A stretch of 64,000 nt of DNA from Alphaproteobacteria bacterium. GTDB taxonomy: Bacteria > Pseudomonadota > Alphaproteobacteria > MPNO01. This document shows, piece after piece, positions 19,761 to 43,321 of this stretch. Position 1 is the first letter of the stretch; every line of letters begins with the position of its first letter. Both the position numbers and the translations under genes were made by a program. The DNA lies in the NCBI GenBank assembly GCA_964291675.2, contig OZ219866.1:3104001-3168000 (forward strand). Direction: 5' to 3'. The notes below the pieces were generated by a model. That model was not told where the DNA came from. It made no database searches and saw nothing but the letters and a program-made list of their open reading frames with translations.

Positions 19761-21254
19761 ATGGCGACCGAGACGCTGCTGCGGCGCGGCCTGTTCCGCG
19801 ATTCGGTCGCCCTGATGCAGCTCGCCGCCGCGCTCGAGGCCGAGCCGGGCATCGCGCGCGCCTCGGCGGCGATGGCGAGCCCCGCCAATCTGGCCATGCT
19901 GGCGGAGAGCGGCGTCGCCCTGGACGCCGTCGAGGCCCGGGCCAACGACCTCCTGGTGGCGGTCGAGGGCGAGGACGCGGACGCGCTCGCCGCCGCGCTC
20001 GAACGGGCGGCGGCGATGCTGGACGGCGGGACCCGGCCGGATGCCGCGCCCGGCGGAGAGGCCGCCCCGGCGCGGCCGCGCAGCCTCGCCGAAGCCGTCG
20101 ACGCGGCGCCGGATGCGACGCTCGCGCTGATCTCCTGCCCCGGCGAGTACGCGGCGGCGGAGGCGATGAAGGCGCTCCGGCTCGGGCTCGACGCGATGGT
20201 GTTCTCCGACAACGTCTCGCTGGAGGACGAGGTCGCGCTCAAGCGCGAGGCGGAGCGGCGCGGCCGGCTGCTGATGGGCCCCGATTGCGGCACCGCCATC
20301 GTCGGCGGGGTGCCGCTCGGCTTCGCCAACCGGGTGCGGCAGGGCGCCATCGGCATCGTCGGCGCGTCCGGCACCGGGCTGCAGCAGGTCGCCTGCCTGG
20401 TCGACCGCCGCGGGGCCGGGATCTCGCATGCCATCGGCGCCGGCGGGCGGGACCTGTCCCGCCAGGTCGGCGGGACGACGACGCTGCGCGGCCTCGCCAT
20501 GCTGGCGGCGGACCCGGGGACCGACCGCATCGTCCTGGTCTCCAAGCCGCCCGACGAGGCGGTGATGCGCCGCCTGCTCGACGCCGCCGGCGCGGCGGGA
20601 AAGCCGGTAATCGCCTGCTTCGTCGGCGCCCGGCCGCCGGAGCTCCCGGCCAATCTGCGGTTCGCGGCGACGCTGGAGGACGCGGCGGCGCTGGCGGCCG
20701 GCACCGCCGGAGCCGCCGGCCCCGGCGCCGATCCGCCGGTGCCGCGCGCTTGCGGGCCGGGCCGGCTGGTCGGGCTGTTCTCGGGCGGTACGCTCTGCTA
20801 CGAGGCCCAGGCGGTCGCGGCGCCCCTGCTCGGGCGGATCCTGTCCAACGCGCCGCTCGATGCGCGCGATGCCTGGGACGGCGAGGCGGGCGGACACCTG
20901 ATGCTCGATCTCGGCGACGACGCCTTCACCCGCGGCCGGCCCCACCCGATGATCGACTACCGCCCGAGGCTGGTGCGAATCCGCGATGCCGCCGCCGCGC
21001 CCGGCACGGCGGCGATCCTGATCGACGTGGTTCTCGGCTGCGGCGCGCATGGCGACCCGGCGGCGGCGCTCGCGCCGGCGATCGGCGCCCTCGACGGCCC
21101 GGTCGCGGTGGGCTCGGTGTGCGGCACCGAGGCCGACCCGCAGCGCCTCTCGCGCCAGGAGGCGGCGCTCGCCGACGCCGGCATGGTGCTCGCCGCGAGC
21201 AATGCGGAGGCGGCGCGAATCGCCGCCCGAATCGCCGGCGGGGGCGGGGCGTGA
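19761..21254 (+). CDS. fdrA: FdrA/YahF family (SucD-like) protein
   Basis: DSVALM, FSDNV, LMGPDCGT, GASGTGLQ, GGTLCYEA, DLGDD.FTRGRPHPMID. Confidence 0.88.
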   Translation: MATETLLRRGLFRDSVALMQLAAALEAEPGIARASAAMASPANLAMLAESGVALDAVEARANDLLVAVEGEDADALAAALERAAAMLDGGTRPDAAPGGEAAPARPRSLAEAVDAAPDATLALISCPGEYAAAEAMKALRLGLDAMVFSDNVSLEDEVALKREAERRGRLLMGPDCGTAIVGGVPLGFANRVRQGAIGIVGASGTGLQQVACLVDRRGAGISHAIGAGGRDLSRQVGGTTTLRGLAMLAADPGTDRIVLVSKPPDEAVMRRLLDAAGAAGKPVIACFVGARPPELPANLRFAATLEDAAALAAGTAGAAGPGADPPVPRACGPGRLVGLFSGGTLCYEAQAVAAPLLGRILSNAPLDARDAWDGEAGGHLMLDLGDDAFTRGRPHPMIDYRPRLVRIRDAAAAPGTAAILIDVVLGCGAHGDPAAALAPAIGALDGPVAVGSVCGTEADPQRLSRQEAALADAGMVLAASNAEAARIAARIAGGGGA

Positions 21255-22675
21255 GCGCCGCCGGTCCGACCGGCCCCCGGGTGCTCAATCTCGGCATCGC
21301 CGCGTTCGGCGAAGCGATCCGGGAGGCCGGCGGCAGCGCCGTCGACATCGACTGGCGCCCGCCGGCGGACGGATCGCGCGATGCCGGGCTCGCGCTCGCC
21401 GCGACCGTCAACCATCCCCGCGTCGAGGCCGCCAACCGCCTCGCCTTCGACCGCTTCCTCGCCGCCGAGCCCGCCGCGACCGGGATCGCGCCGGCGCTGG
21501 CGGCGCTGCCCGGAATGGGCGAACGGACGATCCTGCATGCCGGCCCGCCGGTGGAATGGGAGGCGATGTGCGGGCCGATGCGGGGCGCGGTGCTGGGCGC
21601 GATCCTGTTCGAGGGCTGGGCCGCGGATCTCGACGCCGCGCGCGATCTCGCCGATTCGGGCGGGGTGGAATTCGATTCCTGCCACCGCCACGCCGCCGTC
21701 GGGCCGATGTCCGGCGTGACCTCGCCGTCGATGCCGGTGTGGGCGGTCGAGAACGCGCCGGCCGGCAATGTCGCCTTCTGCAGCCTCAACGAGGGGCTGG
21801 GCAAGGTGCTTCGCTTCGGCGCCAACGGCCCGGAGGTGATCGAGCGGCTGCGCTGGATGCAGGGGGAGCTCGCGGACGTGCTGGCGCGCACGCTGGAGGC
21901 GCACGGGCCGGTCGAGCTCAAGCCGCTGATCGCCCAGGCGCTGCACATGGGCGACGAGGCGCACAACCGCAACGCGGCGGCGACCTCGCTGCTGGTCAAG
22001 CGGCTGGTCGCGCCGGCGCTCGCCTGCGGCGCCGATCCCGCGGCGGTCGCCCGGGTCTTCGCCTTCATCGCCGGCAACGACCATTTCTTCCTCAACCTCT
22101 CGATGGCCGCCTGCAAGGCGATGCTCGATGCCGCGCGCGGCGTGGACTACGCCTCGATGGTCACCGCGATGGCGCGCAACGGGGTCGAGTTCGGCATCCA
22201 GACGAGCGCCACCGGGGACCGCTGGTTCACCGCCCCCGCGCCGGTCGTCGACGGGCTCTACTTCTCCGGCTTCGGCCGCGAGCACGGCGCGCGCGACATC
22301 GGCGACAGCGCGATCACCGAGACCGCCGGGCTCGGCGGGTTCGCGATGGCGGCGGCGCCGGCGATCGTCCGCTTCGTCGGCGGCAGCGCAAGCGAGGCGA
22401 TCGCCGCCAGCCGCCGGATGCGCGCCATCGCGCTCGGCGCGAACCCCGCCTTCACCCTGCCCGTCCTCGACTTCGCCGCGGCGCCGGCCGGGATCGACGC
22501 GCGTCGGGTCGTCGACAGCGGGGTTCAGCCGATCGTCAATACCGGGATCGCCCACCGCGAGGCCGGGATCGGCCAGATCGGCGCCGGCATCACCGCCGCG
22601 CCGATGGATTGCTTCGTCCAGGCGGTGCGGGCGCTGCACGGCGCGCTCGCCGGAGCCGGGGACCGCGCCGGCTGA
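21251..22675 (+). CDS. YlbE/YahG family protein (DUF1116)
   Basis: GTG overlaps fdrA stop; LHAGPP, NEGLGKVLRFGA, MGDEAHNRN, MARNG, DIGDSAITE, NTGIAH. Confidence 0.88.
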   Translation: MSAAGPTGPRVLNLGIAAFGEAIREAGGSAVDIDWRPPADGSRDAGLALAATVNHPRVEAANRLAFDRFLAAEPAATGIAPALAALPGMGERTILHAGPPVEWEAMCGPMRGAVLGAILFEGWAADLDAARDLADSGGVEFDSCHRHAAVGPMSGVTSPSMPVWAVENAPAGNVAFCSLNEGLGKVLRFGANGPEVIERLRWMQGELADVLARTLEAHGPVELKPLIAQALHMGDEAHNRNAAATSLLVKRLVAPALACGADPAAVARVFAFIAGNDHFFLNLSMAACKAMLDAARGVDYASMVTAMARNGVEFGIQTSATGDRWFTAPAPVVDGLYFSGFGREHGARDIGDSAITETAGLGGFAMAAAPAIVRFVGGSASEAIAASRRMRAIALGANPAFTLPVLDFAAAPAGIDARRVVDSGVQPIVNTGIAHREAGIGQIGAGITAAPMDCFVQAVRALHGALAGAGDRAG

Positions 22676-22680
22676 CCCGG

Positions 22681-23424
22681 CTACGCCGCCTGCGCGTGGG
22701 CGTAGAGCGCGATGGCGGCGGCGGCCGAGACGTTGAGGCTCGCCGCGCCCCCGGCCATCGGGATGCGCAGCAGGAGATCGCAGCGCTCGGCCGTCAGCCG
22801 GCGCAGCCCGCGCCCCTCGGCGCCGAGCACGAGCGCGCAGCGGTCGGGCAGCCCGCCCGGCGCCAGCTCGGTCCCGGCGCCGGCGTCGAAGCCGACGCAC
22901 CAGAGCCCGCCCGCCTTCAGCCGGCCGAGCGCGCGGGCGAGGTTGGCGACCCGGATCACCGGCACCGATTCGAGCGCGCCCGAGGCCGCCTTGGCGAGCG
23001 CCCCGGTCTCCGGCGGGGCGTGGCGGTCGGGCATCACCAGGGCGAGCGCGCCGAGCGCGGCGGCGCTCCTGAGCACCGCGCCCACGTTCTGCGGGTCCTG
23101 CACCCGGTCGAGCACGATGGCCGCCGCGCGCCCGCGCGAGCGCGCGGCATCGAGAACCGATTCGAGACCGCCCTGGGCGAGCGGTTCGGCGAGCAGGGCG
23201 AGCCCCTGGTGGACGGCGCCCTCGGGCAGGATCCGGCGCAGCGCGTCGCGGTCGACGATCTCCGGCCCGTGCGCGGCGAGGGCCTCGCCCGCATCGCGCT
23301 CGGCGAGCAGGCGGAGCCGCCGCCGCGCGGGGTTGGCGAGCGCCGCGGCGACCGCGTGCCGGCCGTAGAGCCAGACCGTGCCGCGCCGCGCCCGGCCGGC
23401 GCGCATGCCCTTGTTTCGAGTCAT
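22681..23424 (-). CDS. rlmB: 23S rRNA Gm2251 methyltransferase (TrmH/SpoU family)
   Basis: [31 protein letters not shown]; divergent from tRNA-Tyr; start may be 23406. Confidence 0.88.
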   Translation of the reverse strand: MTRNKGMRAGRARRGTVWLYGRHAVAAALANPARRRLRLLAERDAGEALAAHGPEIVDRDALRRILPEGAVHQGLALLAEPLAQGGLESVLDAARSRGRAAAIVLDRVQDPQNVGAVLRSAAALGALALVMPDRHAPPETGALAKAASGALESVPVIRVANLARALGRLKAGGLWCVGFDAGAGTELAPGGLPDRCALVLGAEGRGLRRLTAERCDLLLRIPMAGGAASLNVSAAAAIALYAHAQAA

Positions 23425-23523
23425 GGGAGGGACTATAATGCGCGCCGACATTGTTCTAACAACTGATCCTGCATGGCGCGCCTCCCATGGTCCGGGACGG
23501 GCGCTTTCGCACTTTTCCTGTCG

Positions 23524-23552
23524 TTGACAGGAGGATGCAAATCGCCTACTTC
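23524..23552 (+). promoter_or_regulatory. sigma70 promoter of tRNA-Tyr/Gly-tuf
   Basis: TTGACA-N17-TACTTC ending 9 nt before tRNA-Tyr. Confidence 0.6.
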
Positions 23553-23561
23553 GGCGGTCTC

Positions 23562-23647
23562 GGAGGGGTGCCCGAGTGGCTAAAGGGGACGGGCTGTAAA
23601 CCCGTTGGCGTTTGCCTACGTTGGTTCGAATCCAACCCCCTCCACCA
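23562..23647 (+). tRNA. tRNA-Tyr(GTA)
   Basis: 86 nt, long variable arm, CT-GTA-AA loop, encoded CCA. Confidence 0.97.
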
Positions 23648-23742
23648 GCCCTCGGCGGCGGCATTCCGAGGGTGCGGGGCGAGGGTGCGGGAGCGGTTGG
23701 CGGAGCGGACGGCCAGTGCAGCGGGAGGCCCAGGAACGTCGC

Positions 23743-23816
23743 GCGGGTGTAGCTCAATGGTAGAGCCCCAGCCTTCCAAGCTGGTTGTGTGGGTTCGATT
23801 CCCATCACCCGCTCCA
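23743..23816 (+). tRNA. tRNA-Gly(TCC)
   Basis: 74-nt cloverleaf, CT-TCC-AA loop, CCA end. Confidence 0.97.
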
Positions 23817-23880
23817 ACCACCGACCGCGCGGGTCCGCATCCCGGCCCGGCGAGCCAACCCACACCGGGGACGAATTGAG

Positions 23881-25071
23881 ATGGCGAAGGCGAAGTTCGA
23901 GCGTACCAAGCCGCACTGCAATGTGGGGACGATCGGCCATGTGGATCACGGCAAGACGACGTTGACGGCGGCGATCACCAAGGTACTGGCGGAGGCCGGC
24001 GGGGCGGAGTTCACGTCCTACGACCAGATCGACAAGGCGCCGGAGGAGAAGGCGCGCGGGATCACCATCGCGACGGCGCATGTGGAGTACGAGACCGGCG
24101 CGCGGCACTACGCGCATGTGGACTGCCCGGGCCATGCGGATTACGTGAAGAACATGATCACCGGGGCGGCCCAGATGGACGGGGCGATCCTGGTGGTGTC
24201 GGCGGCGGACGGCCCGATGCCGCAGACGCGGGAGCACATCCTGCTGGCGCGCCAGGTGGGTGTGCCTGCGATCGTGGTGTACATGAACAAGGTCGACCAG
24301 GTGGACGACGAGGAGATTCTGGACCTTGTGGAGCTTGAGGTGCGCGAGCTTCTGTCGAGCTACGACTTTCCGGGCGACGACATCCCGGTGATCCGGGGCT
24401 CGGCGCTGGAGGCTCTGGAGGGCTCGGAGGGCGCGACGGGGACGGGCTCGGTGCTGGAGCTGATGGGCGCGGTGGACGACTACGTGCCGCAGCCGGACCG
24501 TCCGAAGGACATGGCGTTTCTGATGCCGATCGAGGACGTGTTCTCGATCTCGGGCCGCGGCACGGTGGTGACGGGGCGGATCGAGCGCGGGACGATCAAG
24601 GTTGGCGAGGAGGTCGAGATCGTCGGCTTGAAGGAGACCTCGAAGACGGTGGTGACCGGCGTCGAGATGTTCCGCAAGCTGCTGGACTCGGGCGAGGCGG
24701 GGGACAATGTGGGGTGCCTGCTGCGCGGTGTCGGGCGCACGGAGGTGGAGCGCGGCCAGGTGCTGGCGCGGCCGGGCTCGATCACGCCGCACACGAAGTT
24801 CAAGGCGGAGGCGTATATCCTGACCAAGGAGGAGGGCGGTCGTCACACGCCGTTCTTCTCGAACTACCGTCCCCAGTTCTACTTCCGCACGACGGATGTG
24901 ACGGGTCAGGTTGCGCTGCCGGAGGGGACGGAGATGGTGATGCCGGGCGACAACGTGTCGATGGATGTCGAGCTGATCGTCCCCATCGCGATGGACGAGG
25001 GGCTGCGCTTCGCCATCCGCGAGGGCGGGCGCACCGTCGGCGCCGGCGTCGTCGCGCAGATCATCGAGTAG
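23881..25071 (+). CDS. tuf: elongation factor Tu (copy 1)
   Basis: [25 protein letters not shown]. Confidence 0.99.
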   Translation: MAKAKFERTKPHCNVGTIGHVDHGKTTLTAAITKVLAEAGGAEFTSYDQIDKAPEEKARGITIATAHVEYETGARHYAHVDCPGHADYVKNMITGAAQMDGAILVVSAADGPMPQTREHILLARQVGVPAIVVYMNKVDQVDDEEILDLVELEVRELLSSYDFPGDDIPVIRGSALEALEGSEGATGTGSVLELMGAVDDYVPQPDRPKDMAFLMPIEDVFSISGRGTVVTGRIERGTIKVGEEVEIVGLKETSKTVVTGVEMFRKLLDSGEAGDNVGCLLRGVGRTEVERGQVLARPGSITPHTKFKAEAYILTKEEGGRHTPFFSNYRPQFYFRTTDVTGQVALPEGTEMVMPGDNVSMDVELIVPIAMDEGLRFAIREGGRTVGAGVVAQIIE

Positions 25072-25105
25072 CAGGCGTCAACCCGGAAACGGCGGGCACG
25101 ACCCC

Positions 25106-25181
25106 AGGAGTGTAGCTCAATTGGCAGAGCACCGGTCTCCAAAACCGGGGGTTGTGGGTTCGAATCCCTCCACTCCTGCCA
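25106..25181 (+). tRNA. tRNA-Trp(CCA)
   Basis: 76-nt cloverleaf, CT-CCA-AA loop; usual position before secE. Confidence 0.96.
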
Positions 25182-25224
25182 GCCGGTGCAGCGTCTGACG
25201 GGTGACGAGGACAGTCGGATCGAC

Positions 25225-25422
25225 ATGGCGAAGATCGGCCCCATCGAGTTTATCCAGCAGGTCCGGCGCGAAGTCGCGCGGGTGACCTGGCCGAGCCGGC
25301 GGGAGACCGCGGTGACCACGGTGATGGTGTTCATCTTCGTCGCCCTGGCGGCGCTGTTCTTCTTCGTCGTGGACCAGATCCTGTCGGTCGCGGTGCGCGC
25401 GGTGCTGGGGCTCGGGGGCTAG
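25225..25422 (+). CDS. secE: preprotein translocase SecE
   Basis: EVARVTWPSRRE plus one TM helix; synteny. Confidence 0.93.
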   Translation: MAKIGPIEFIQQVRREVARVTWPSRRETAVTTVMVFIFVALAALFFFVVDQILSVAVRAVLGLGG

Positions 25423-25425
25423 GCG

Positions 25426-25959
25426 ATGACGGCGCGCTGGTACGTGATCCACGTCTATTCCGGGTTCGAGAACAAGGTCGCCCAGTCGATCCGCGAGCAG
25501 GCCGCGCAGAAGCATCTCGACGACATGTTCGACGAGGTCCTGGTGCCGACCGAGGAGGTGGTGCGCATGCGGCGCGGCGCCAAGGTGCGCGCCGACCGCA
25601 AGTTCTTCCCGGGCTACGTGCTGATCAAGATGGAGCTGACCGACGAGACCTGGCATCTGGTCAAGGACACGCCCAAGGTCACCGGCTTTCTCGGCGGCGG
25701 GCGCGGCAAGCCCTCGCCGATTTCCGAGGCCGAGACCCAGCGCATCCTGCGCCAGGTCCAGGAAGGGGTGGAGCGGCCCAAGCCCTCGATCACCTTCGAC
25801 GTCGGCGAGCAGGTCCGGGTCAGCGACGGCCCCTTCACCTCGTTCAACGGCACGGTGGAGGAGATCGACGAGGAGCGCGCGCGGCTCAAGGTGGCGGTGT
25901 CGATCTTCGGGCGCTCCACCCCGGTCGAGCTCGAATACGCCCAGGTCGAGAAGCTGTGA
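25426..25959 (+). CDS. nusG: transcription factor NusG
   Basis: WYVIHVYSGFE, FFPGYVL, KOW domain. Confidence 0.98.
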   Translation: MTARWYVIHVYSGFENKVAQSIREQAAQKHLDDMFDEVLVPTEEVVRMRRGAKVRADRKFFPGYVLIKMELTDETWHLVKDTPKVTGFLGGGRGKPSPISEAETQRILRQVQEGVERPKPSITFDVGEQVRVSDGPFTSFNGTVEEIDEERARLKVAVSIFGRSTPVELEYAQVEKL

Positions 25960-26003
25960 CGGCGGGGCGGCAGGCGGTGAATTTCTGAGGCGGCGGTCGA
26001 GAG

Positions 26004-26432
26004 ATGGCAAAGAAAATCGCAGGTTTCATCAAGCTGCAGGTGCCGGCCGGGCAGGCGAACCCGTCGCCGCCGATCGGCCCCGCGCTGGGCCAGCAGGGCG
26101 TCAACATCATGGAGTTCTGCAAGGCGTTCAACGCGCACACGCAGAACCAGGAACAGGGCGTGCCGACCCCGACGGTGATCACGGTCTATGCCGACCGCTC
26201 GTTCTCCTTCGAGACCAGGACCCCGCCGGCGTCCTATTTCATCAAGCAGGCGGCGAGGCTCGAGGCGGGCTCGCAGGAGCCCGGCCACACCATGGTGGGC
26301 GCGGTCCGCATGTCGCAGCTGCGCGAGATCGCCGAGAAGAAGATGGCCGACCTCAACGCCAACGACGTCGAGGCGGCGTGCAGGATGCTCGCCGGGACCG
26401 CGCGCTCGATGGGCGTGCAGGTGATGGAGTAA
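26004..26432 (+). CDS. rplK: 50S protein L11
   Basis: [13 protein letters not shown]. Confidence 0.98.
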   Translation: MAKKIAGFIKLQVPAGQANPSPPIGPALGQQGVNIMEFCKAFNAHTQNQEQGVPTPTVITVYADRSFSFETRTPPASYFIKQAARLEAGSQEPGHTMVGAVRMSQLREIAEKKMADLNANDVEAACRMLAGTARSMGVQVME

Positions 26433-26436
26433 GCCG

Positions 26437-27141
26437 ATGGCAAGGAAGGGAAAGCGCCTCAGCAAGGCCTATGAGGGGATCGACCGCGAACGGCTCTACG
26501 GCCTCGACGAGGCGGTGGGGCTGCTCAAGCAGCGGGCGAGCACCAGGTTCGACGAGACGTTCGAGCTGTCGATGAATCTCGGCGTCGATCCGCGCCACGC
26601 CGACCAGATGGTGCGCGGCATGGTCTCGCTCCCCAAGGGGACCGGCAAGGCGATCCGGGTCGCCGTGTTCGCGCGCGGCGACAAGGCGGAGGAGGCGCGC
26701 GGGGCGGGCGCCGACCTGGTCGGCGCCGAGGAGCTCGCCGAGACCGTCCAGGGCGGGACCATCGAGTTCGACCGCTGCGTGGCGACGCCCGACATGATGG
26801 CGGTGGTCGGCAGGCTGGGCAAAATCCTCGGCCCGCGCGGGCTGATGCCCAACCCCAAGCTCGGCACCGTCACCCAGGACGTCGCCGCCGCGGTGCAGGC
26901 CGCCAAGGGCGGGCAGGTCGAGTTCCGGGTCGAGAAGGCCGGCATCATCCATGCCGGGATCGGCAAGGCGAGCTTCGCCGAGGACGATCTGAAGGAGAAC
27001 ATCCGCGCGCTCGCCGACGCCGTGGTCAAGGCCAAGCCGAGCGGCGCCAAGGGGACTTTCGTCAAGCGCGCCGCGCTGAGCTCGACGATGGGCCCGGGCG
27101 TCAAGCTCGACGTCCAGAGCGTGATCGGCGGCGCGTCGTAG
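26437..27141 (+). CDS. rplA: 50S protein L1
   Basis: [17 protein letters not shown]. Confidence 0.98.
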   Translation: MARKGKRLSKAYEGIDRERLYGLDEAVGLLKQRASTRFDETFELSMNLGVDPRHADQMVRGMVSLPKGTGKAIRVAVFARGDKAEEARGAGADLVGAEELAETVQGGTIEFDRCVATPDMMAVVGRLGKILGPRGLMPNPKLGTVTQDVAAAVQAAKGGQVEFRVEKAGIIHAGIGKASFAEDDLKENIRALADAVVKAKPSGAKGTFVKRAALSSTMGPGVKLDVQSVIGGAS

Positions 27142-27209
27142 CGAACGCGTCTTCCGCGCCGCCCGGCGGCGCGAAGAGGTCCGACCCGGGCCGCGTCCCG
27201 GGGAGGAGA

Positions 27210-27267
27210 CCTGTCCGAGACTGCAGGCGCCGCCGGGCAACCGGCGGGTAAGCCCCGCACAGACAGG
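27210..27267 (+). ncRNA. L10 (rplJ) leader autoregulatory RNA
   Basis: CCTGTCCGAGACTGCAGG..TAA..GCACAGACAGG stem in the rplA-rplJ spacer. Confidence 0.7.
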
Positions 27268-27400
27268 GGTCGCGAGTTCATCGGTTGCGCTCCCTCGGGG
27301 CGCGGGCGGCTCGGGCTTCTGGGACAGGAAGCCGGACCCCGGTGGGGGTCCAGTCGCAACCCGACCGGCGGCGATGCCGGTCCGACAGGAGAGACGATCG

Positions 27401-27916
27401 TTGAACCGAGCGCAAAAGGTAGAACAGGTGGCTTCGCTCAACGCGCTGTTCGGCGCCACGACCCTCGTCGTGGTGACCCGGCCGGTGGGCCTCACGGTCG
27501 CCCAGGCGACCGACCTCCGCCGACGGATGCGCGATGCCGGGGCGCGCTTCAAGGTGACCAAGAACCGGCTGACCAGGCTCGCGCTGGAAGGGACCACGTT
27601 CGCGGGCCTGTCCGGCCTGTTCGTCGGCCCGACCGCGATCGCCTATTCCGACGATCCGGTCGCCGCGGCGCGCGTCGCGGTCGATTTCGCGGAACGGAAC
27701 GAAGCCCTCGACATCATGGGTGGCGGGCTCGGCGAGCAGGTGCTCGACGCCGAGGGGGTCACCGCGCTGGCCAGGCTGCCCTCGCTCGACGAGCTGAGGG
27801 GACGGCTGGTCGGCATGATCCAGACGCCGGCGACCAGGGTCGCCGGCGTGCTCCAGGCTCCGGCGGGCCAGTTGGCCCGGCTGATGGGGGCCTATGCAGA
27901 CAAGGATGCGGCCTGA
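27401..27916 (+). CDS. rplJ: 50S protein L10
   Basis: TTG start after AGGAGA; [21 protein letters not shown]. Confidence 0.95.
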   Translation: MNRAQKVEQVASLNALFGATTLVVVTRPVGLTVAQATDLRRRMRDAGARFKVTKNRLTRLALEGTTFAGLSGLFVGPTAIAYSDDPVAAARVAVDFAERNEALDIMGGGLGEQVLDAEGVTALARLPSLDELRGRLVGMIQTPATRVAGVLQAPAGQLARLMGAYADKDAA

Positions 27917-27951
27917 CGGCCGGGCATCCGTATCAGAGAGGAGAAGCGATT

Positions 27952-28329
27952 ATGGCTGCCAATCTCGAACAACTTGTCGAGGACCTGTCGCAGCTCACGG
28001 TCATCGAGGCCGCGGAGCTGTCCAAGCTGCTGGAGGACAAGTGGGGGGTGAGCGCCGCCGCCCCCGTCGCGGTCGCCGCCGCCGTCCCGGCCGAGGGCGC
28101 CCCGGCCGAGGAAGAGAAGACCGAGTTCGACCTGATCCTGGTCAGCTTCGGCGAGAAGAAGATCAACGTCATCAAGGAAGTCCGCGCCATTACCGGGCTC
28201 GGCCTCAAGGAGGCGAAGGACCTCGTCGAGGGTGTGCCCAAGCCGGTCAAGGAGGCGGTGGGCAAGGACGAGGCCGAAGAGATCAGGGCGAAGCTCGAGG
28301 AAGCCGGGGCGACCGTCGAGGTGAAGTAG
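27952..28329 (+). CDS. rplL: 50S protein L7/L12
   Basis: [24 protein letters not shown]. Confidence 0.98.
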   Translation: MAANLEQLVEDLSQLTVIEAAELSKLLEDKWGVSAAAPVAVAAAVPAEGAPAEEEKTEFDLILVSFGEKKINVIKEVRAITGLGLKEAKDLVEGVPKPVKEAVGKDEAEEIRAKLEEAGATVEVK

Positions 28330-28444
28330 TTGGCCGCGCGCCCAAGGCGGGCGGCGCCGGCGGCAATGTCGATGGGTCCGAACGATCGCTGCGCGCTGGA
28401 CGGCGGCCGCCGCCGCACCGTCCCGCGCGCCTGAAGAGGTGGCA

Positions 28445-36843
<8,399 letters not shown>

Positions 36844-36915
36844 CCGCGCGCGGCAGGCGCCGCGGGGAGGCGGCGCGACACCGTCCAACCCCCTTGAAAC
36901 CCGGGTGTTTCCGGG

Positions 36916-36944
36916 TTGACGGGGGTCGGGCGGGCCACTATATT
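36916..36944 (+). promoter_or_regulatory. str operon sigma70 promoter
   Basis: TTGACG-N17-TATATT. Confidence 0.7.
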
Positions 36945-37134
36945 CCGGCGCTCATTTCGGGGGCTGGCGGTAGGAGCGAGTCCTAGACGCAGCTCCCATC
37001 TGAGCTGGGACGAAAAGTCGAACCGGGATCCCGGAGATCCCAAGCCCGCCGCGGCGCGCGATACGCCCGCGGTGGTGCGTGTCTTGCGGACAGCGTTTCC
37101 CGCCCTCGGGCGCGGCAGAAAGGGAACAGGTGGC

Positions 37135-37990
<856 letters not shown>

Positions 37991-38015
37991 CAACCCCTTC
38001 CCGCCCGGACCCGTC

Positions 38016-40091
<2,076 letters not shown>

Positions 40092-40127
40092 CCGCAGCGA
40101 ACGGGACCACACCGGGGACGAATTGAG

Positions 40128-41318
<1,191 letters not shown>

Positions 41319-41343
41319 CACCCGGGCGGGGCGGAGAGCAGAG

Positions 41344-41652
<309 letters not shown>

Positions 41653-41662
41653 GGGCGGCACG

Positions 41663-42394
41663 ATGCGCACCGGTCTGATCGCCCGCAAGCTCGGCATGAC
41701 GCGCGCCTTCGGCGACGACGGCTCGCACGTGCCGGTGACGGTGCTGAAAATCGACAACTGCCAGGTGGTGGCGGTCAAGACCGCCGAACGCGACGGCTAC
41801 ACCGCGCTGCAGCTCGGCGTCGGCGCGGCCAAGGTGAAGAACGTGTCCAGGCCGATGCGCGGCCATTTCGCCGGCGCCCGGGTCGAGCCCAAGCGCAAGC
41901 TCGCCGAGTTCCGCATCTCCGACGACGCGGTGATCGACGTGGGCGCCGAGCTGACGGCCGACCATTTCGTCGCCGGCCAGCATGTCGACGTCGTCGGCAC
42001 CAGCATCGGCAAGGGCTTCGCCGGCGCCATGAAGCGGCACAATTTCGGCGGGCTGGAGGCGAGCCACGGCGTCTCCATCAGCCACCGCAGCCACGGCTCG
42101 ACCGGCAACAGCCAGGACCCCGGCAAGGTGTTCAAGGGCAAGAAGATGGCCGGCCATCTGGGCGATGCCCGGACCACGGTACAGAACCTGACGGTGCATT
42201 CGACCGATGCCGAGCGCGGCCTGATCCTGCTCGCCGGCGCGGTGCCGGGCTCGAAGGGCGGCTACGTGCTGGTCTCCGACGCGAAGAAGCGCCCGGCGCC
42301 CGACGGCCTGCCCTTCCCGGGCGCCGTCAGGGCGGCGGCGGAGGCCGCGCCCGAGCCCGAGCCGGAGCCGGAGGGGGACGGCGATGAAAATTGA
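41663..42394 (+). CDS. rplC: 50S protein L3
   Basis: KLGMT, GKGFAG.MKRH, KMAGH. Confidence 0.97.
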   Translation: MRTGLIARKLGMTRAFGDDGSHVPVTVLKIDNCQVVAVKTAERDGYTALQLGVGAAKVKNVSRPMRGHFAGARVEPKRKLAEFRISDDAVIDVGAELTADHFVAGQHVDVVGTSIGKGFAGAMKRHNFGGLEASHGVSISHRSHGSTGNSQDPGKVFKGKKMAGHLGDARTTVQNLTVHSTDAERGLILLAGAVPGSKGGYVLVSDAKKRPAPDGLPFPGAVRAAAEAAPEPEPEPEGDGDEN

Positions 42395-43004
42395 TGTCGT
42401 GACCCTCGACAACGAGAAGGCGGGCTCGATCGAGCTCGCCGATCCGGTCTTCGCCGCCCCGGTGCGCGGCGACATCCTCGCGCGCATGGTCAACTGGCAG
42501 CGCGCCAAGCGCCGCGCCGGCACGCACAGCACCAAGGGCATCAGCCAGGTCCGCGGCACCACCGCCAAGCCGTACAAGCAGAAGGGCACCGGCCGCGCCC
42601 GGCACGGCAGCCGGCGCTCGCCGCAATGGCGCGGCGGCTCGGTGACCTTCGGCCCCAAGCCGCGCAGCCACGCCCACAAGCTGCCCAAGAAGGTGCGCCG
42701 CATGGCGCTGCGCGCGGCGCTGTCGAGCAAATGCGCGGAGGGACGGCTCATCGTGCTCGACGCCGCCGAGGCCGGGGACCACAGGACCGCCGCGCTGGCC
42801 GCCCGGATCGACGCGCTCGGCTGGCGCTCGGCGCTGATCATCGGCGGCGCGGAGCTCGACACCAATTTCGTGCGCGCGGCCGCCAACCTGCCCAATATCG
42901 ACGTGCTGCCGCAGCAGGGCGCCAATGTCTACGACATATTGAGGCGCGAAACCCTGGTGCTGACCCGCGAGGCGGTGAGCCATCTCGAGGAGCGGCTGTC
43001 ATGA
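42384..43004 (+). CDS. rplD: 50S protein L4
   Basis: [14 protein letters not shown]. Confidence 0.97.
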   Translation: MKIDVVTLDNEKAGSIELADPVFAAPVRGDILARMVNWQRAKRRAGTHSTKGISQVRGTTAKPYKQKGTGRARHGSRRSPQWRGGSVTFGPKPRSHAHKLPKKVRRMALRAALSSKCAEGRLIVLDAAEAGDHRTAALAARIDALGWRSALIIGGAELDTNFVRAAANLPNIDVLPQQGANVYDILRRETLVLTREAVSHLEERLS

Positions 43005-43318
43005 GACGCACCGGCCCCGTCCGGGTCTCCGACGCCCGCGCCTGCGAGCTTCTGCGCGCGCCGGTGATCACCGAGAAATCGACCATGGCCAGCGAGCACA
43101 ACCAGATCACCTTCCGGGTGCCGCTGGACGCCACCAAGCCGGAGATCAAGGCGGCGGTGGAGAAGCTGTTCGACGTCGAGGTCACGGCGGTCAACACCAT
43201 CCGCCAGAAGGGCAAGGTCAAGCGCTTCCGCGGGCGCATCGGCAAGCGTCCCGACTACAAGAAGGCCATGGTGTCGCTCGCCGAGGGCCAGTCGATCGAC
43301 GTGACGACGGGGGTCTAG
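43001..43318 (+). CDS. rplW: 50S protein L23
   Basis: [22 protein letters not shown]. Confidence 0.95.
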   Translation: MRRTGPVRVSDARACELLRAPVITEKSTMASEHNQITFRVPLDATKPEIKAAVEKLFDVEVTAVNTIRQKGKVKRFRGRIGKRPDYKKAMVSLAEGQSIDVTTGV

Positions 43319-43321
43319 GCG

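Noticed and set aside
36990-37030. Hammerhead-like CTGAG..GAAA in the rpsL leader
   Set aside because: Lacks the CUGANGA core and the required stem layout
42340-42394. Low-complexity tails on L3 (PEPEPEPE), L22 and L15
   Set aside because: Common variable extensions of ribosomal proteins
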